Below, piece after piece: positions 38,198-48,176 of a DNA stretch of 64,000 nt. Source of the stretch: Giardia intestinalis (Eukaryota). The notes under the pieces are model-generated. The model was not told the origin of the DNA. It saw only the letters and a program-made list of their open reading frames with translations, and did not search any database. Where the stretch lies: NCBI GenBank assembly GCA_000002435.2, contig CM018789.1, one strand, 5' to 3'. How positions within the stretch are numbered: the stretch's first letter is position 1; each line of letters starts with the position of its first letter. The translations under genes were made by a program, and so were the position numbers.

Positions 38198-39694
38198 TTA
38201 CTTTGCATCACGGACCTCCTTTCTGTCCTTTGACCTGCTCCTCTTATCCTCCTTCTTATCATCCTTCTTATCATCCTTTCTGTGCTCTTTTTTATCATCT
38301 TTCTTATGCTCCTTCCTGTGCTCCCTCTTGTGGCTGCTGGACTTTTCTTCGTTGACGAGGAGCTCCGCTGAATCTTGCACGGGCACATCGGCGGAAGACC
38401 CACTTGGATACAAATCCAGCATCAGATCTATGTTCTTACGCGGCGGATTGGCACCTGTCTTATAAAAAGTTATGCGGTCCTCAAGCATATTTTTCAGTGC
38501 CACTCCAAACCTCGTGTCGCGAGAAATGCCATAACAATCCATCTTTGCTGTACGCGCTATGCTGCAAGCAAGGTTACGGGCAACGCGCCCCTTGTGGCGG
38601 ATGTCTACCTTGGAGACTTGTGGAGCAGAAAAAAGGACGCCGTACTTTGGTGTTTTCCTGTTACGCGCCTTCAGGGACCTGAACAGAGCCTTCTCTGCGC
38701 CAAGAATCTGTATGGTCGACGCAGGTGACTTAGCTAAAGAGCGTATGCCCCCTGCCCGGGCGATCAGACGTGACGCAGGTATGTCACCGAGGAGGACTGC
38801 AGTATTGGGAGCAATCTCTGCTATCTTAGAGCCAAGATAGTCCGTCAACGCCTGCTTCTCATTGAACATCGAGAGCGTCCGCTGCGCCAGAGATAGCACA
38901 GCCTTCAGATCATCGTCGTGGAGTTTCATCCCGGTTGAAATTGTCGCTGCTGCGCGTACTTTATCGGCAACATCCTTTCCAAAGACACCGTCAGATACAA
39001 GCTGGTCAAAAGAGCTCGCAGTCTCCCCAGAGATAAGCTTTTCCTTCGTCTGAATTGCTAGAATAGTGCGAACATACTCCTCGTGATGGTCGACCATAAT
39101 CCTCTTAAGCTCTGGGAAATGATATGAGTACCACTCTTGGAGCCTCATGAAAAAGCTATTTGTGTTCTTCAGGATTGTCTCGTAGTGCCCAACTCCTTGA
39201 ATGATCATGTTATCTGCACGGTTCTTATCATAGCTGACATTGTTGCGGGCCATAAGATGCGAAAGACCCAAGCAGGCTGCCTCATACTGCTCGGGGTTGA
39301 CATCCCCGGCCATTAGCTTCAAAAAGTGGCGCTTGATGCCGCGGGAAATTTCCACCATGAGGCCGCTGTACTCCGCAGGCACACCTGCAGCGTCCAAAGA
39401 CAGCTTGAGGCGCTCATCCACCACTCCGATGGTCGAAGACTCCCCCTTCATGATGCCCTGGACCACTCTAAGAACAGTCTCTGGAACAACACCTTCCTGG
39501 AGGGCAGCGCACACTGCTGCAGCATCTTCGTTTCCCGAGAAGCGATGAAACGAAGACAGCTTTACCAGGGTGGAGAAGGCACCTCCGTCGGCAATGGAGC
39601 GTTGCAGCTCTGCTGTAAACTTAGCTACATCGTCAAACTCCTTTATGCTGAAAATCGCGATCCCGGCAGCAGATTCAAAGAGCAAGTAACGCAT
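38198..39694 (-). CDS. box C/D snoRNP protein Nop56/Nop58 (Nop5 family) with a KKD/E-repeat tail
   Basis: N-terminus MRYLLFESAAGIAIFSIK (Nop5 N domain), central Nop domain, and C-terminus ...HRKEHKKDDKKEHRKDDKKDDKKEDK. Confidence 0.85.
   Translation of the reverse strand: MRYLLFESAAGIAIFSIKEFDDVAKFTAELQRSIADGGAFSTLVKLSSFHRFSGNEDAAAVCAALQEGVVPETVLRVVQGIMKGESSTIGVVDERLKLSLDAAGVPAEYSGLMVEISRGIKRHFLKLMAGDVNPEQYEAACLGLSHLMARNNVSYDKNRADNMIIQGVGHYETILKNTNSFFMRLQEWYSYHFPELKRIMVDHHEEYVRTILAIQTKEKLISGETASSFDQLVSDGVFGKDVADKVRAAATISTGMKLHDDDLKAVLSLAQRTLSMFNEKQALTDYLGSKIAEIAPNTAVLLGDIPASRLIARAGGIRSLAKSPASTIQILGAEKALFRSLKARNRKTPKYGVLFSAPQVSKVDIRHKGRVARNLACSIARTAKMDCYGISRDTRFGVALKNMLEDRITFYKTGANPPRKNIDLMLDLYPSGSSADVPVQDSAELLVNEEKSSSHKREHRKEHKKDDKKEHRKDDKKDDKKEDKRSRSKDRKEVRDAK
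38201..38338 (-). repeat. coding simple-sequence repeat (AAG/GAT-rich) encoding the Nop56/58 KKD/E tail; it generates the antisense SFLSSFL ORF 38163..38465
   Basis: Plus strand reads tcctccttcttatcatccttcttatcatcc... Confidence 0.6.
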
Positions 39695-39854
39695 TGTGAC
39701 CCAGTAATTATTTATCGATTTTGAAATTTAATTTATTAACGACAAATACAATGAAAGTGTGAAAACACACGTTCGGGGCATTTGCGACTAGCCGTTGAAG
39801 ATATGATTGCGCAGTTTATCTCTGAAGAATTATTTCTGAAGAAGGTGGCGGATT

Positions 39855-40835
39855 ATGCTTGGTACGACACCCTGCGTGAAAGATCCATTGCTTGATTTTG
39901 GACACAATCCAAGCAAATTTATAACGCTAAGTAAACTTTCTGTCATGGAGTACTACCTTACAACCCTTGAAACCCCTCACTTGGCCCTTAGTGAGAGAAG
40001 GCTCCAGTTGCAGAAGCTTGTCCTATTATATGATGTCCCCCCTGATAGGCGCGGACGGGTGTGGATGATTCTACTGGGGATCGGGTATGTCAACTCAAAA
40101 CGCTATGTAGACCTGGTCAGACGCGGACAATCTATAGATGCTGAAAAGATTCGCAAGGACGTGCACCGGACATTCTCGAATAACGTTTCTTTTCACAAGA
40201 AAGTGTCTCTGAGCTCCATATCTCGAGTACTTAATGCACTGGTGCACGATCTGGACATTCGCTACGTACAGGGAATGAATGTGTTGCTGGGTCCACTGCT
40301 CTACGTTGCAGATGAGGTCTTTGGGTTTTATATGTTCCGTCGCCTTTATAGCCTTGCTCGCTCATACTTCAGTCCAGATCTTTGCGGAGTGCATGCTGGT
40401 TGTGCCCTTCTCGAGGATATCATGGGCGTTATTGATCCAGAGCTGCAGCAGAAGCTATTTAAGCATAATCTCAGGGGGTTTCTATGGGGATTTGACGTTA
40501 TCATGACATTTGGCGCCTGCTTGCAGCCCCTCGACGAGGTCCTAAAGCTTTGGGATTTCCTATTCTCCTTTGGCCTTGGGCTCATGCCGCTCCTTTCCTG
40601 TCTGCGAATCATCAAGGTCCGAGACATGCTGCTTTCGCATAACAACCCATACGAGATCATACGAACCCGTGCAATCACCTTTGACGCCAAAAATGATATC
40701 TCTATGGCCCTGCAGTATCTAGTATTGCTCCCAGATCAGCTGAAGAAAAGGCTGTGCAGTCACTTCGGAGACACCGATGTCTGCAAGGCAATCAATCCCT
40801 CTTCTTTGCGACCACTGAATCATGCATGTCTTTAA
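39855..40835 (+). CDS. TBC-domain Rab GTPase-activating protein
   Basis: Arg-finger motif RGRVWMILLGI (IxxDxxR-type) and Gln-finger motif YVQGMNVLLGPLL (YxQ). Confidence 0.75.
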   Translation: MLGTTPCVKDPLLDFGHNPSKFITLSKLSVMEYYLTTLETPHLALSERRLQLQKLVLLYDVPPDRRGRVWMILLGIGYVNSKRYVDLVRRGQSIDAEKIRKDVHRTFSNNVSFHKKVSLSSISRVLNALVHDLDIRYVQGMNVLLGPLLYVADEVFGFYMFRRLYSLARSYFSPDLCGVHAGCALLEDIMGVIDPELQQKLFKHNLRGFLWGFDVIMTFGACLQPLDEVLKLWDFLFSFGLGLMPLLSCLRIIKVRDMLLSHNNPYEIIRTRAITFDAKNDISMALQYLVLLPDQLKKRLCSHFGDTDVCKAINPSSLRPLNHACL

Positions 40836-40957
40836 TTTCTCCTTCGCCTTTTCCCTTTTCACCTCCCAGAACTAGCGATTATGAGTTATGATGCGATAAA
40901 CTTTCAAAAAACCTTTCTAAAAAGACAGAGAGAAAAAGGTAGGGAATCCGTGCTTAG

Positions 40958-43591
40958 ATGCTTCTCCTTCTGTGTGTGTCTGTGGCTCTCTGTGTTTCTG
41001 CATCGGACCACCAAAACAAAGCGAAATACGAGTTCAAGGCTGAGACCACGAACCTTCTGGACATTATTGTTCACTCTTTATACTCCGACAGGGAGATCTT
41101 TCTCCGCGAGCTCATCTCCAACGCTGTAGATGCCCTTGAAAAGCTGCGGTACATATCGTTGACAGATGCTAAGGTACTCGGTGAAGGAGACACACCGATG
41201 GAAATCAATATTAGTGTCGACACCCAGAAAAAACTCATTATAATAGAAGACACAGGAATAGGAATGAATAAGGAAGAGATGATAACAAACCTGGGCACAA
41301 TCGCTGAGTCTGGAACCAGCCGTTTTAGGCAGACAAAGAAGGTTGGCCTTAACTCACAAGATGAAGACTCTGCCAAGCCAACAAGTGCAAGCGGACTTAT
41401 CGGGATGTTCGGCGTAGGGTTCTTCTCTTCCTATCTTGTCGCAGAAAAGGTGGACTTCTATTCCAGACGTGCACACGACAAGGCTGACAATTACTCCACT
41501 CCCCACGTTGTCAAGTGGTCCTCCGATGCCTCCTCTTACTACACTGTCGAAGACGTCGACGAGGCCCTGGAGCCCGAGGCATGTCCCCATAGGGGCAGCC
41601 GGGTGGTCCTTCACTTGCGCGAGAACAGTGAAGAATTCCTTGATACGGCCCTGCTTAAACACGTGATCCTTAAGTATTCTGGCTTCGTCGGCTTTCCCGT
41701 TAACTTAGAGATGGTCAATAAGCGCCGTGAAGAGTATACGCCCAGCGCAGATGAAGAGGACGACGATGTCTTTGATGCCCCCCTAGTCGTTGAAGATGGT
41801 GCAACAGGAGAGAAAAAGGCCTCTACTGCATCAGGGCCTAAGGTTTATGATGACGTCGATGCCGACGGCAAGAAGGATCCGCAGTCCTTCCAGGATGCCG
41901 AGAAGGCCGTCAAGAAGCGGTATAGGTATGTGGAGTCCCGCGAGTGGCTAGATGTTACAAAGGAGGCCACAAGCATTTGGCTCCGCAATCCTCAGACGAT
42001 CACGAAGGAAGAATACGTTGATTTCTATCTCGGAACCTTGTACAAACCTGATCCAGCACTGAGTTTTGATTCTAGCATCGCGAGCTTGGCAAAGGAGATG
42101 GCTCCGCCCCTCACCTGGATACACTTCCGCGGAGAGGGTGGGGAGGCAGACTTTAGGGCCCTCATCTTTGTTCCTGGATTCCCCTCTCTAAACTACTACG
42201 AAAAGTACCATGACGAACGAGCGACTCTGAATTTGTATATTAATCGGGTCTTTGTCACCAACGAAACAGGTTCCATTCTGCCCCAATGGATGCAATTCGT
42301 TAAGGGAATAGTCGACTCCGACTCCATACGCATAAACCTCTCCCGTGAGTTTATACAGGAGTCGAAACTTCTTAAGAAAATAGGCGAGAGAATAGCACGC
42401 GCAATGGTGAGGAAACTCACCGATCTTTACAAGCAGGCGAAGGACTCAGAAAAGGAATATGATAACTATGTCAGCGAGCTAATAAAGGATGGGATAACAG
42501 AGCCCACCAAGGAGCAGATAGAGAAGGCCCCTTCAAAGGACGCAACATTCTACAAGATTCATCACTGGTACAAGCGCTCCTTCTTCATGGGTGCCATCGA
42601 GGACAAGAAGAACAAGGAGGAGATCATGCACCTCCTTCTCTTTCCAACTACTCGCACGATGGTCAACAGCCCAGAGGTCCAGGAGAAGTTCCGTCTTCAC
42701 CAGGTCTCCCATGAAGAGCTCCCACATTTTTATACTCTGCAGGAGTACGTAGATGCTATGCCCTCGTATCAGAAAGATATTTATATGATATCCTGCACGT
42801 TTATAGACGAGTGTCTTGCCTCCCCGTACACAGAAGCAGCAAATACTCGTGGGCTGGAGGTGATTTTCCTTACCGACGTGAATGAGGATCTGCTGCTGTC
42901 GACATACCTCAACGAGTTTCGGGCAAACAGCGGCAAAGTGTACAAAATCAAGAACATAGCGAAGCTAGAAACAAAGCTTCCAGATAAGCCCAAGGACGAT
43001 GTCTCTAATGAAGAAGAGAAGGAGAAGGAGCGGCCAGACACAGATATCCCAGACCGCACTGAAGACAAGCTTCTAGCCCGATATCATCTCAAGCTCCTGC
43101 GTGCGTACATGCGACAAGCCACGCCGACAGTCCACGGAGTAGAGCGGTCCACCAAGCTTCCTGCTTCGACGCCTGCTCTCGCTGCATCTAACAAGCACTC
43201 GCATACACCGCTTCAGGAGAAGGCAATGCAGCACTCCAAGAATGCAGGAGAAGCCGACTACCACAGGAAGCAACGCACGTTAGAGGTTAACTTTGAACAC
43301 AATCTCATTAAGAAGTTCATTGCAGAGCTGGTTAATCTCAATCCGCCCATGAAGCCGGCTAACTCTACGGACCCGAACGATGATTACGTGATTCCCAAAC
43401 CTGTTGTGAGCACTCCAGAGATGGATGAGCGGGCCGTTTTGTTGGCGGACATTGCCACCTATTTTGCTGGCTACGAAATAGAGAACAAAAAGAGCTTTGC
43501 GAAGGCCCTTTTCATGGTCCTCGATACCCAGCTTGAGGGTACTTCTTCCCAAGAAAGCAGTAACTCCACTGCCTTTAAGGATGAACTTTAA
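40958..43591 (+). CDS. ER-resident HSP90 paralogue (GRP94/endoplasmin-like): signal peptide, HSP90 ATPase domain, C-terminal KDEL
   Basis: MLLLLCVSVALCVSA signal. HSP90 signature YSDREIFLRELISNAVDALEKLRYISLTD. Ends ...AFKDEL. A single continuous ORF, unlike the trans-spliced cytosolic HSP90 of Giardia. Confidence 0.9.
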   Translation: MLLLLCVSVALCVSASDHQNKAKYEFKAETTNLLDIIVHSLYSDREIFLRELISNAVDALEKLRYISLTDAKVLGEGDTPMEINISVDTQKKLIIIEDTGIGMNKEEMITNLGTIAESGTSRFRQTKKVGLNSQDEDSAKPTSASGLIGMFGVGFFSSYLVAEKVDFYSRRAHDKADNYSTPHVVKWSSDASSYYTVEDVDEALEPEACPHRGSRVVLHLRENSEEFLDTALLKHVILKYSGFVGFPVNLEMVNKRREEYTPSADEEDDDVFDAPLVVEDGATGEKKASTASGPKVYDDVDADGKKDPQSFQDAEKAVKKRYRYVESREWLDVTKEATSIWLRNPQTITKEEYVDFYLGTLYKPDPALSFDSSIASLAKEMAPPLTWIHFRGEGGEADFRALIFVPGFPSLNYYEKYHDERATLNLYINRVFVTNETGSILPQWMQFVKGIVDSDSIRINLSREFIQESKLLKKIGERIARAMVRKLTDLYKQAKDSEKEYDNYVSELIKDGITEPTKEQIEKAPSKDATFYKIHHWYKRSFFMGAIEDKKNKEEIMHLLLFPTTRTMVNSPEVQEKFRLHQVSHEELPHFYTLQEYVDAMPSYQKDIYMISCTFIDECLASPYTEAANTRGLEVIFLTDVNEDLLLSTYLNEFRANSGKVYKIKNIAKLETKLPDKPKDDVSNEEEKEKERPDTDIPDRTEDKLLARYHLKLLRAYMRQATPTVHGVERSTKLPASTPALAASNKHSHTPLQEKAMQHSKNAGEADYHRKQRTLEVNFEHNLIKKFIAELVNLNPPMKPANSTDPNDDYVIPKPVVSTPEMDERAVLLADIATYFAGYEIENKKSFAKALFMVLDTQLEGTSSQESSNSTAFKDEL

Positions 43592-43645
43592 GTGTTGATG
43601 CACCAGAGGCTGCTGGTGGCGTAAGTAAAAGATTAGAGTTACTTA

Positions 43646-44755
43646 ATGATAATTGCAACGCTGAAGGACTGGTTTACGGCCATCAAGGGCCGTCGGTATG
43701 ATGCTGTCAATCGGAGCATACAGCAGTTTTCTGGTTCTCGTACACCTAGTGGGGATACAGGCCTAATCCTCTCTGTACACTACTGCGATCCAAATATGGT
43801 CAAGATCTTGGCACCCACAGAGGCGGGTTTAGTCAACAATAACGGAGCGACTGCTCTCCTTGTTGCGGCTGAGCTAGGCTACCTGCTATGCTGCCTTCCT
43901 CTTCTTCAATACGAACGGTCCATTGTCGATTCGCACGGGTGTACCCCGCTTATATTGGCGGCCCGTGCAGGCAATATAGGTTGTATTCCCTTCCTAATTA
44001 CCGATTCACTCCTAGTCCGAGATTGTGAGGGGCGGACTGCACTCGATTGGGCGGTTGCTGCAGGACAAGTGGATGCCGTTCGAGTGTTATCTCAGCCAGA
44101 ACTGTACCCGATTGATGACATTCGCCGTGCTGTTGACCTAGCTGACTCCCTGGGACACCTAGCCATAAGCAAGATTCTCTGTAGGAGAATTGCAGGGTGC
44201 CAAGGGACAGATAGCATTTCTCCTCCGGCGTCTATTATTATATCTACAACCCCTAGTCTATCCATGCCTCAGCTGAGTGCGCCATATGTTCCAGAGAAGC
44301 ATGTGGAGATTACCAACTCATTTGCCACAGAGAACGATTCAAGCATGTGTCTGGATGACCTATCAACCAGGAAGGATGTTGTCTCCACTGTGCCACATCT
44401 CTCATCAGCACACTTTACTGAAGCTGGTATATCTGGAATGGTTCAGCAGCTTGAGCACCTGACAAAGACCAACACAACGCTGCAGTCAAGCTATCGGAGT
44501 ATGACTGCTTTATGTGACGAGGCACGGCTCAAACTAACAATGCAAAGGGATAGCATAGAATCATCTATCGCTCTGCTGACAAAGTTAAAGGCTACACTAA
44601 CAACTGAACCTGAAGTCGCGGAAAAAGATGCCATGTACCGCGTCTTTCAACAAAAAATGATGGAGATACAAGCTCTCCAGCGCGAAATTATCAAGGCTAC
44701 CTCGGAACTTCACAGCCTTACGACTATATCAAGTAACTCCATTCTAGAGGATTGA
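43646..44755 (+). CDS. ankyrin-repeat protein with C-terminal coiled coil (Giardia 'Protein 21.1'-like)
   Basis: Repeats ...GATALLVAAELGY..., ...GCTPLILAARAGN..., ...GRTALDWAVAAGQVDAVRVL... The C-terminal ~100 aa are heptad-like. Confidence 0.7.
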   Translation: MIIATLKDWFTAIKGRRYDAVNRSIQQFSGSRTPSGDTGLILSVHYCDPNMVKILAPTEAGLVNNNGATALLVAAELGYLLCCLPLLQYERSIVDSHGCTPLILAARAGNIGCIPFLITDSLLVRDCEGRTALDWAVAAGQVDAVRVLSQPELYPIDDIRRAVDLADSLGHLAISKILCRRIAGCQGTDSISPPASIIISTTPSLSMPQLSAPYVPEKHVEITNSFATENDSSMCLDDLSTRKDVVSTVPHLSSAHFTEAGISGMVQQLEHLTKTNTTLQSSYRSMTALCDEARLKLTMQRDSIESSIALLTKLKATLTTEPEVAEKDAMYRVFQQKMMEIQALQREIIKATSELHSLTTISSNSILED

Positions 44756-44810
44756 AATGTTTATTCTTGTCAATCAAAAAGACCAACAAAAGAGGCTAAA
44801 CGGATTCTTA

Positions 44811-45788
44811 TCATAAAGCATTCATTTTGCCACTAGCGTCAACAGAGTCGTCTGCTAACCCTAGTGTATCTTCTGATGCTATTGGGTCCAACGGTGCGTC
44901 AGTTGGCTCAGCTGTAATAGACCCATCAGAGCTGTGTCCCTTGGATTGTTGTTTGTAGTAGATACGCTTCACAGAAGCACATGGACAACACTTAAATACA
45001 CTTACCAGTGTAATAGCAATAACAGAGACAGAAATAGACAACACCAGCACCCACACATCCCAGTAGATATCGTAATCCACGAACAATGAGACAGAACAAA
45101 CGGTAGAACTCCCCAAAGTAGAGGTACCCGGAATCAATACAAAGTTATCTACAACACCTTGGTAATTTTGAGTTATTGCTTGCTGCAACTGTTCCACCTG
45201 TGTACCTTCTTTCATGGTAGCTGCCACAGATAAAGCGATGACAACTATAAACCGCTCAGCCGGCCTGGGGCCATAGGGCTTGCCATTAAACTTTGGCCAA
45301 TGGGCCCGAAGCGTAGGTTCTGCCAAGCTATACCATGACTGGCCTCCCTTGTCTGTTGCAACGTAGTCATGCTTTACGAAGTCATAGTCTAGAATGTAGT
45401 GGGTGTTTCCCTCTGACAGGGCAAAGAAGACTGGGCCAGGCTTGTACAGAAACGCCGCTGCAGAGCCTCCAAATTGAGTGGATCCAAAGCCTCCCGCAGC
45501 GAAGAGGAGGGGTTTGGGTGCAGTGCTAGGGTTGGGATTATTTATCATAACGCCTATGTGGCTTGTACTGTCATACCCTCGCTTGATAATGTTAACTGAA
45601 TGCGTATTAATAGTAAGCTTAAAGGTGGCAACGGGGGTGACCTTTTTGTCGATACTTGTGGTGCACCTCCCGGTGTAAACGGCGTTTGTGGCGAGTCTTT
45701 CTTTGCCTATGTGGGCGGGGAACGTCGCCGGGCTTGCAGCATCTAATCTGGCAAGATAGAATGCAAAGAATAAGAACAGCAAGCGCAT
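44811..45788 (-). CDS. type I membrane protein (signal peptide + single C-terminal TM), hypothetical
   Basis: MRLLFLFFAFYLARLDAAS signal, ...VWVLVLSISVSVIAITLVSVF TM, then a CC-containing cytoplasmic tail. Confidence 0.5.
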   Translation of the reverse strand: MRLLFLFFAFYLARLDAASPATFPAHIGKERLATNAVYTGRCTTSIDKKVTPVATFKLTINTHSVNIIKRGYDSTSHIGVMINNPNPSTAPKPLLFAAGGFGSTQFGGSAAAFLYKPGPVFFALSEGNTHYILDYDFVKHDYVATDKGGQSWYSLAEPTLRAHWPKFNGKPYGPRPAERFIVVIALSVAATMKEGTQVEQLQQAITQNYQGVVDNFVLIPGTSTLGSSTVCSVSLFVDYDIYWDVWVLVLSISVSVIAITLVSVFKCCPCASVKRIYYKQQSKGHSSDGSITAEPTDAPLDPIASEDTLGLADDSVDASGKMNAL

Positions 45789-45865
45789 TAGTAGGCTAGC
45801 ACAACTAGTAAACCAACTTTAATTTTTAATTTAAATCATCAATCTTTCCAGCCAAGACTTCCAGA

Positions 45866-48166
45866 ATGAAGCAAGGACTAATACGCGTCCTCTCAGTGAG
45901 ATGCTCGTGCCTCTTTCCTCCACAGATATGCAGTGAGGTCTATGCTCGACAATCTGATTTACCCTCAGAGGCACCTTTTTGCGTTGCCACCTTTGCTGCC
46001 ACTCTGGGGCCTGAATTTGGTGACACAGGCGCCGTAGCGGGTGTGCTGACAACCTACGTGCTCCCGGAAGCTGGCGCATCACTGTATGTTGCTGTACTTG
46101 GAACCTGCCACACGCTTGGGAAGAACTTCGACCCTCTTCTTCCACATTATTATACAGAGGGATGTGCTCAAAGTAATATAGAGTTTGCCCACGAACAACA
46201 AATGGAGAAAGAAGGAAATCGGTTTACGTGGCAGTGCTTCTGCTTTCGGGGCGACACTCTTCCACTGGAGAATCTTCACCCCGCCCTCACCTCTCTCATC
46301 TCATCAGATCCCTGTTCTCCAGAAGGCAAACGAATCATATTGTATGGTGTTGCGTGGACCATGGGCACACTGGAGACCATTCACAATATTTGCTTTAAGC
46401 CAGTGCCACGTTTAGTCTTTTATAATGATAGCCCAATTCTCCGTCTATCTGTCACTCTTATGAGCAAGCGAGTAGAAGCATTGCAATTGGTACCGCTCCC
46501 TGTATTAATCTCTCAGTATCAGAGCTGGATAACCCGTACACTGATCCCTCCGTCGCTCCGCCCCACACACTGTTCAGGTCCATCCACATCTGCTTCCTAC
46601 ATCTCGATTACTTCTGATGAGAGTTCTGAATCCACATCTGTTGAGAGTGATTTGGCTGATCTCATTATCTCCAGGTTTTCTCCAATACCGGCCCTTTGTC
46701 AGCAGAAGAGCCACTACGGCAATGAGATATTTGTTATGTTTGCCCCCACTATTCCACCTGCAGGTAAGACAGACTTTTTGAGGAACGTCTGCATGTTTCC
46801 GGGCCAAGGTCTCAGTTATGAGGACAGTGGCATGGGCGTGACTGTGGGAAGCTTTTATGTCTACGAGCGCTTTCCCCATTCTATCGGAGCGGTTAGATTA
46901 GGCTTTGAACACTATGAGAGCTCCCCTGATGGCATCATTACATATCTTGGCTTAGCAAAGACAACTCCGCCGTATACAGAATCAGAGCCCCCAATTGAAT
47001 TCGGATTGGCTGTTACTTACGTCTACGCAGCCCCGGACAGTAGTCCAGCTGTGCAGGCAAGCTCATCCAATTACCGGCACATACGGTATTACAATGCTCG
47101 TGATCCGTTTACGTACATGAGCAGCGCTTTCCACATGCCGTTTCTTCTTCGTAACAAGGCTGGCGATGTAGAGCCAGAGCTTCTCCGTGCAAGCCAGTGC
47201 GAGCTCTTTCTCGAGCTCCACCGGCCTCTTTACGGCGCACACTCTGGTGGAACGTTCTTTCTCTTCAAACTGAATAAGGCCGCGGGAGCGGTATCTGTTG
47301 CTCTTCCATTTTTCACTGGCAAGCTTCAACCGCCAAGCAAAACCTATCCCCGTTATAAGTCTCAATTGACGTACTACCCCATCTGCACCAGTGGTACTGT
47401 GGCAGGATACTCAGCCCTCTCCTTTCTGAAGAGCGATGCTGCCGTCGGGTCGGTGGATATTAAATCATCCATCAATCTAGATTTAATTCAATTCTTGCTG
47501 GAGTGTGTGGAATCGGTAACATACAAGCAGCGCGATCGACTTGTATTCCCGATCATTTTGTACCGCATGCTTCCCCGATCATTTGGTGCTTACTGCCTCG
47601 ACCTCGGAGCAACGTGTATTCCACGTGCAGGTGGAGCACCTGACACCCAGGTATATCCTGATTGTGCCATTTTCTACACTTCCTTATCGAACTCTCCATC
47701 AAACCAGGATGGTTGTTACTGCTATAAACGAGCGGAGGCTGCAAAGTACTATCAAGAGCAGCTGCATATTCCTGGACCACGGGCCTATGTTGCACAAATA
47801 GGGACCAGGGAGATACGCTGGGACACTAGATACAGTAGGCCTTTACCCAACAGCGCTGACCCAGCGGCCCGTGTTCTGGAGGAGCACTTTTGTATTAAGA
47901 CAAGCCTTTGCCCCTACATTCCTACGTCTCCCAATTACTATGTCCTTGTTCTTGCAGATCTATTGTCAAATCTTCAAACTGTTGAGCCCGACGAGCAACA
48001 GCAAGGAAACCTAAGGCTCTTTCTGGAAACATATATTAGTACGATAATAGTGGCAACTGAATTCACAAAAGCCAAGATCTCGGCAGACGCTCGGCAATAT
48101 TTACTAACCCTTCACGATTTCACACTCCAAAAGGATAGTAGCATGGTTGTCTATTGCAAGAAATAG
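45866..48166 (+). CDS. hypothetical protein (766 aa)
   Basis: ATG verified. A 77-nt AT-rich divergent spacer (TTTAATTTTTAATTTAAAT) is shared with 45788. No domain recognised. Confidence 0.55.
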   Translation: MKQGLIRVLSVRCSCLFPPQICSEVYARQSDLPSEAPFCVATFAATLGPEFGDTGAVAGVLTTYVLPEAGASLYVAVLGTCHTLGKNFDPLLPHYYTEGCAQSNIEFAHEQQMEKEGNRFTWQCFCFRGDTLPLENLHPALTSLISSDPCSPEGKRIILYGVAWTMGTLETIHNICFKPVPRLVFYNDSPILRLSVTLMSKRVEALQLVPLPVLISQYQSWITRTLIPPSLRPTHCSGPSTSASYISITSDESSESTSVESDLADLIISRFSPIPALCQQKSHYGNEIFVMFAPTIPPAGKTDFLRNVCMFPGQGLSYEDSGMGVTVGSFYVYERFPHSIGAVRLGFEHYESSPDGIITYLGLAKTTPPYTESEPPIEFGLAVTYVYAAPDSSPAVQASSSNYRHIRYYNARDPFTYMSSAFHMPFLLRNKAGDVEPELLRASQCELFLELHRPLYGAHSGGTFFLFKLNKAAGAVSVALPFFTGKLQPPSKTYPRYKSQLTYYPICTSGTVAGYSALSFLKSDAAVGSVDIKSSINLDLIQFLLECVESVTYKQRDRLVFPIILYRMLPRSFGAYCLDLGATCIPRAGGAPDTQVYPDCAIFYTSLSNSPSNQDGCYCYKRAEAAKYYQEQLHIPGPRAYVAQIGTREIRWDTRYSRPLPNSADPAARVLEEHFCIKTSLCPYIPTSPNYYVLVLADLLSNLQTVEPDEQQQGNLRLFLETYISTIIVATEFTKAKISADARQYLLTLHDFTLQKDSSMVVYCKK

Positions 48167-48176
48167 CATTTACTCC

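Noticed and set aside
38163-38465. ORF encoding SFLSSFLSSFLCSFL...
   Set aside because: Antisense read-through of the AAG/GAT-type repeat that encodes the Nop56/58 KKD/E tail.
40958-43591. Possibility that this HSP90 is one half of the trans-spliced cytosolic HSP90
   Set aside because: The ORF is full length (N-terminal, middle and C-terminal domains) with signal peptide and KDEL, i.e. the ER paralogue.
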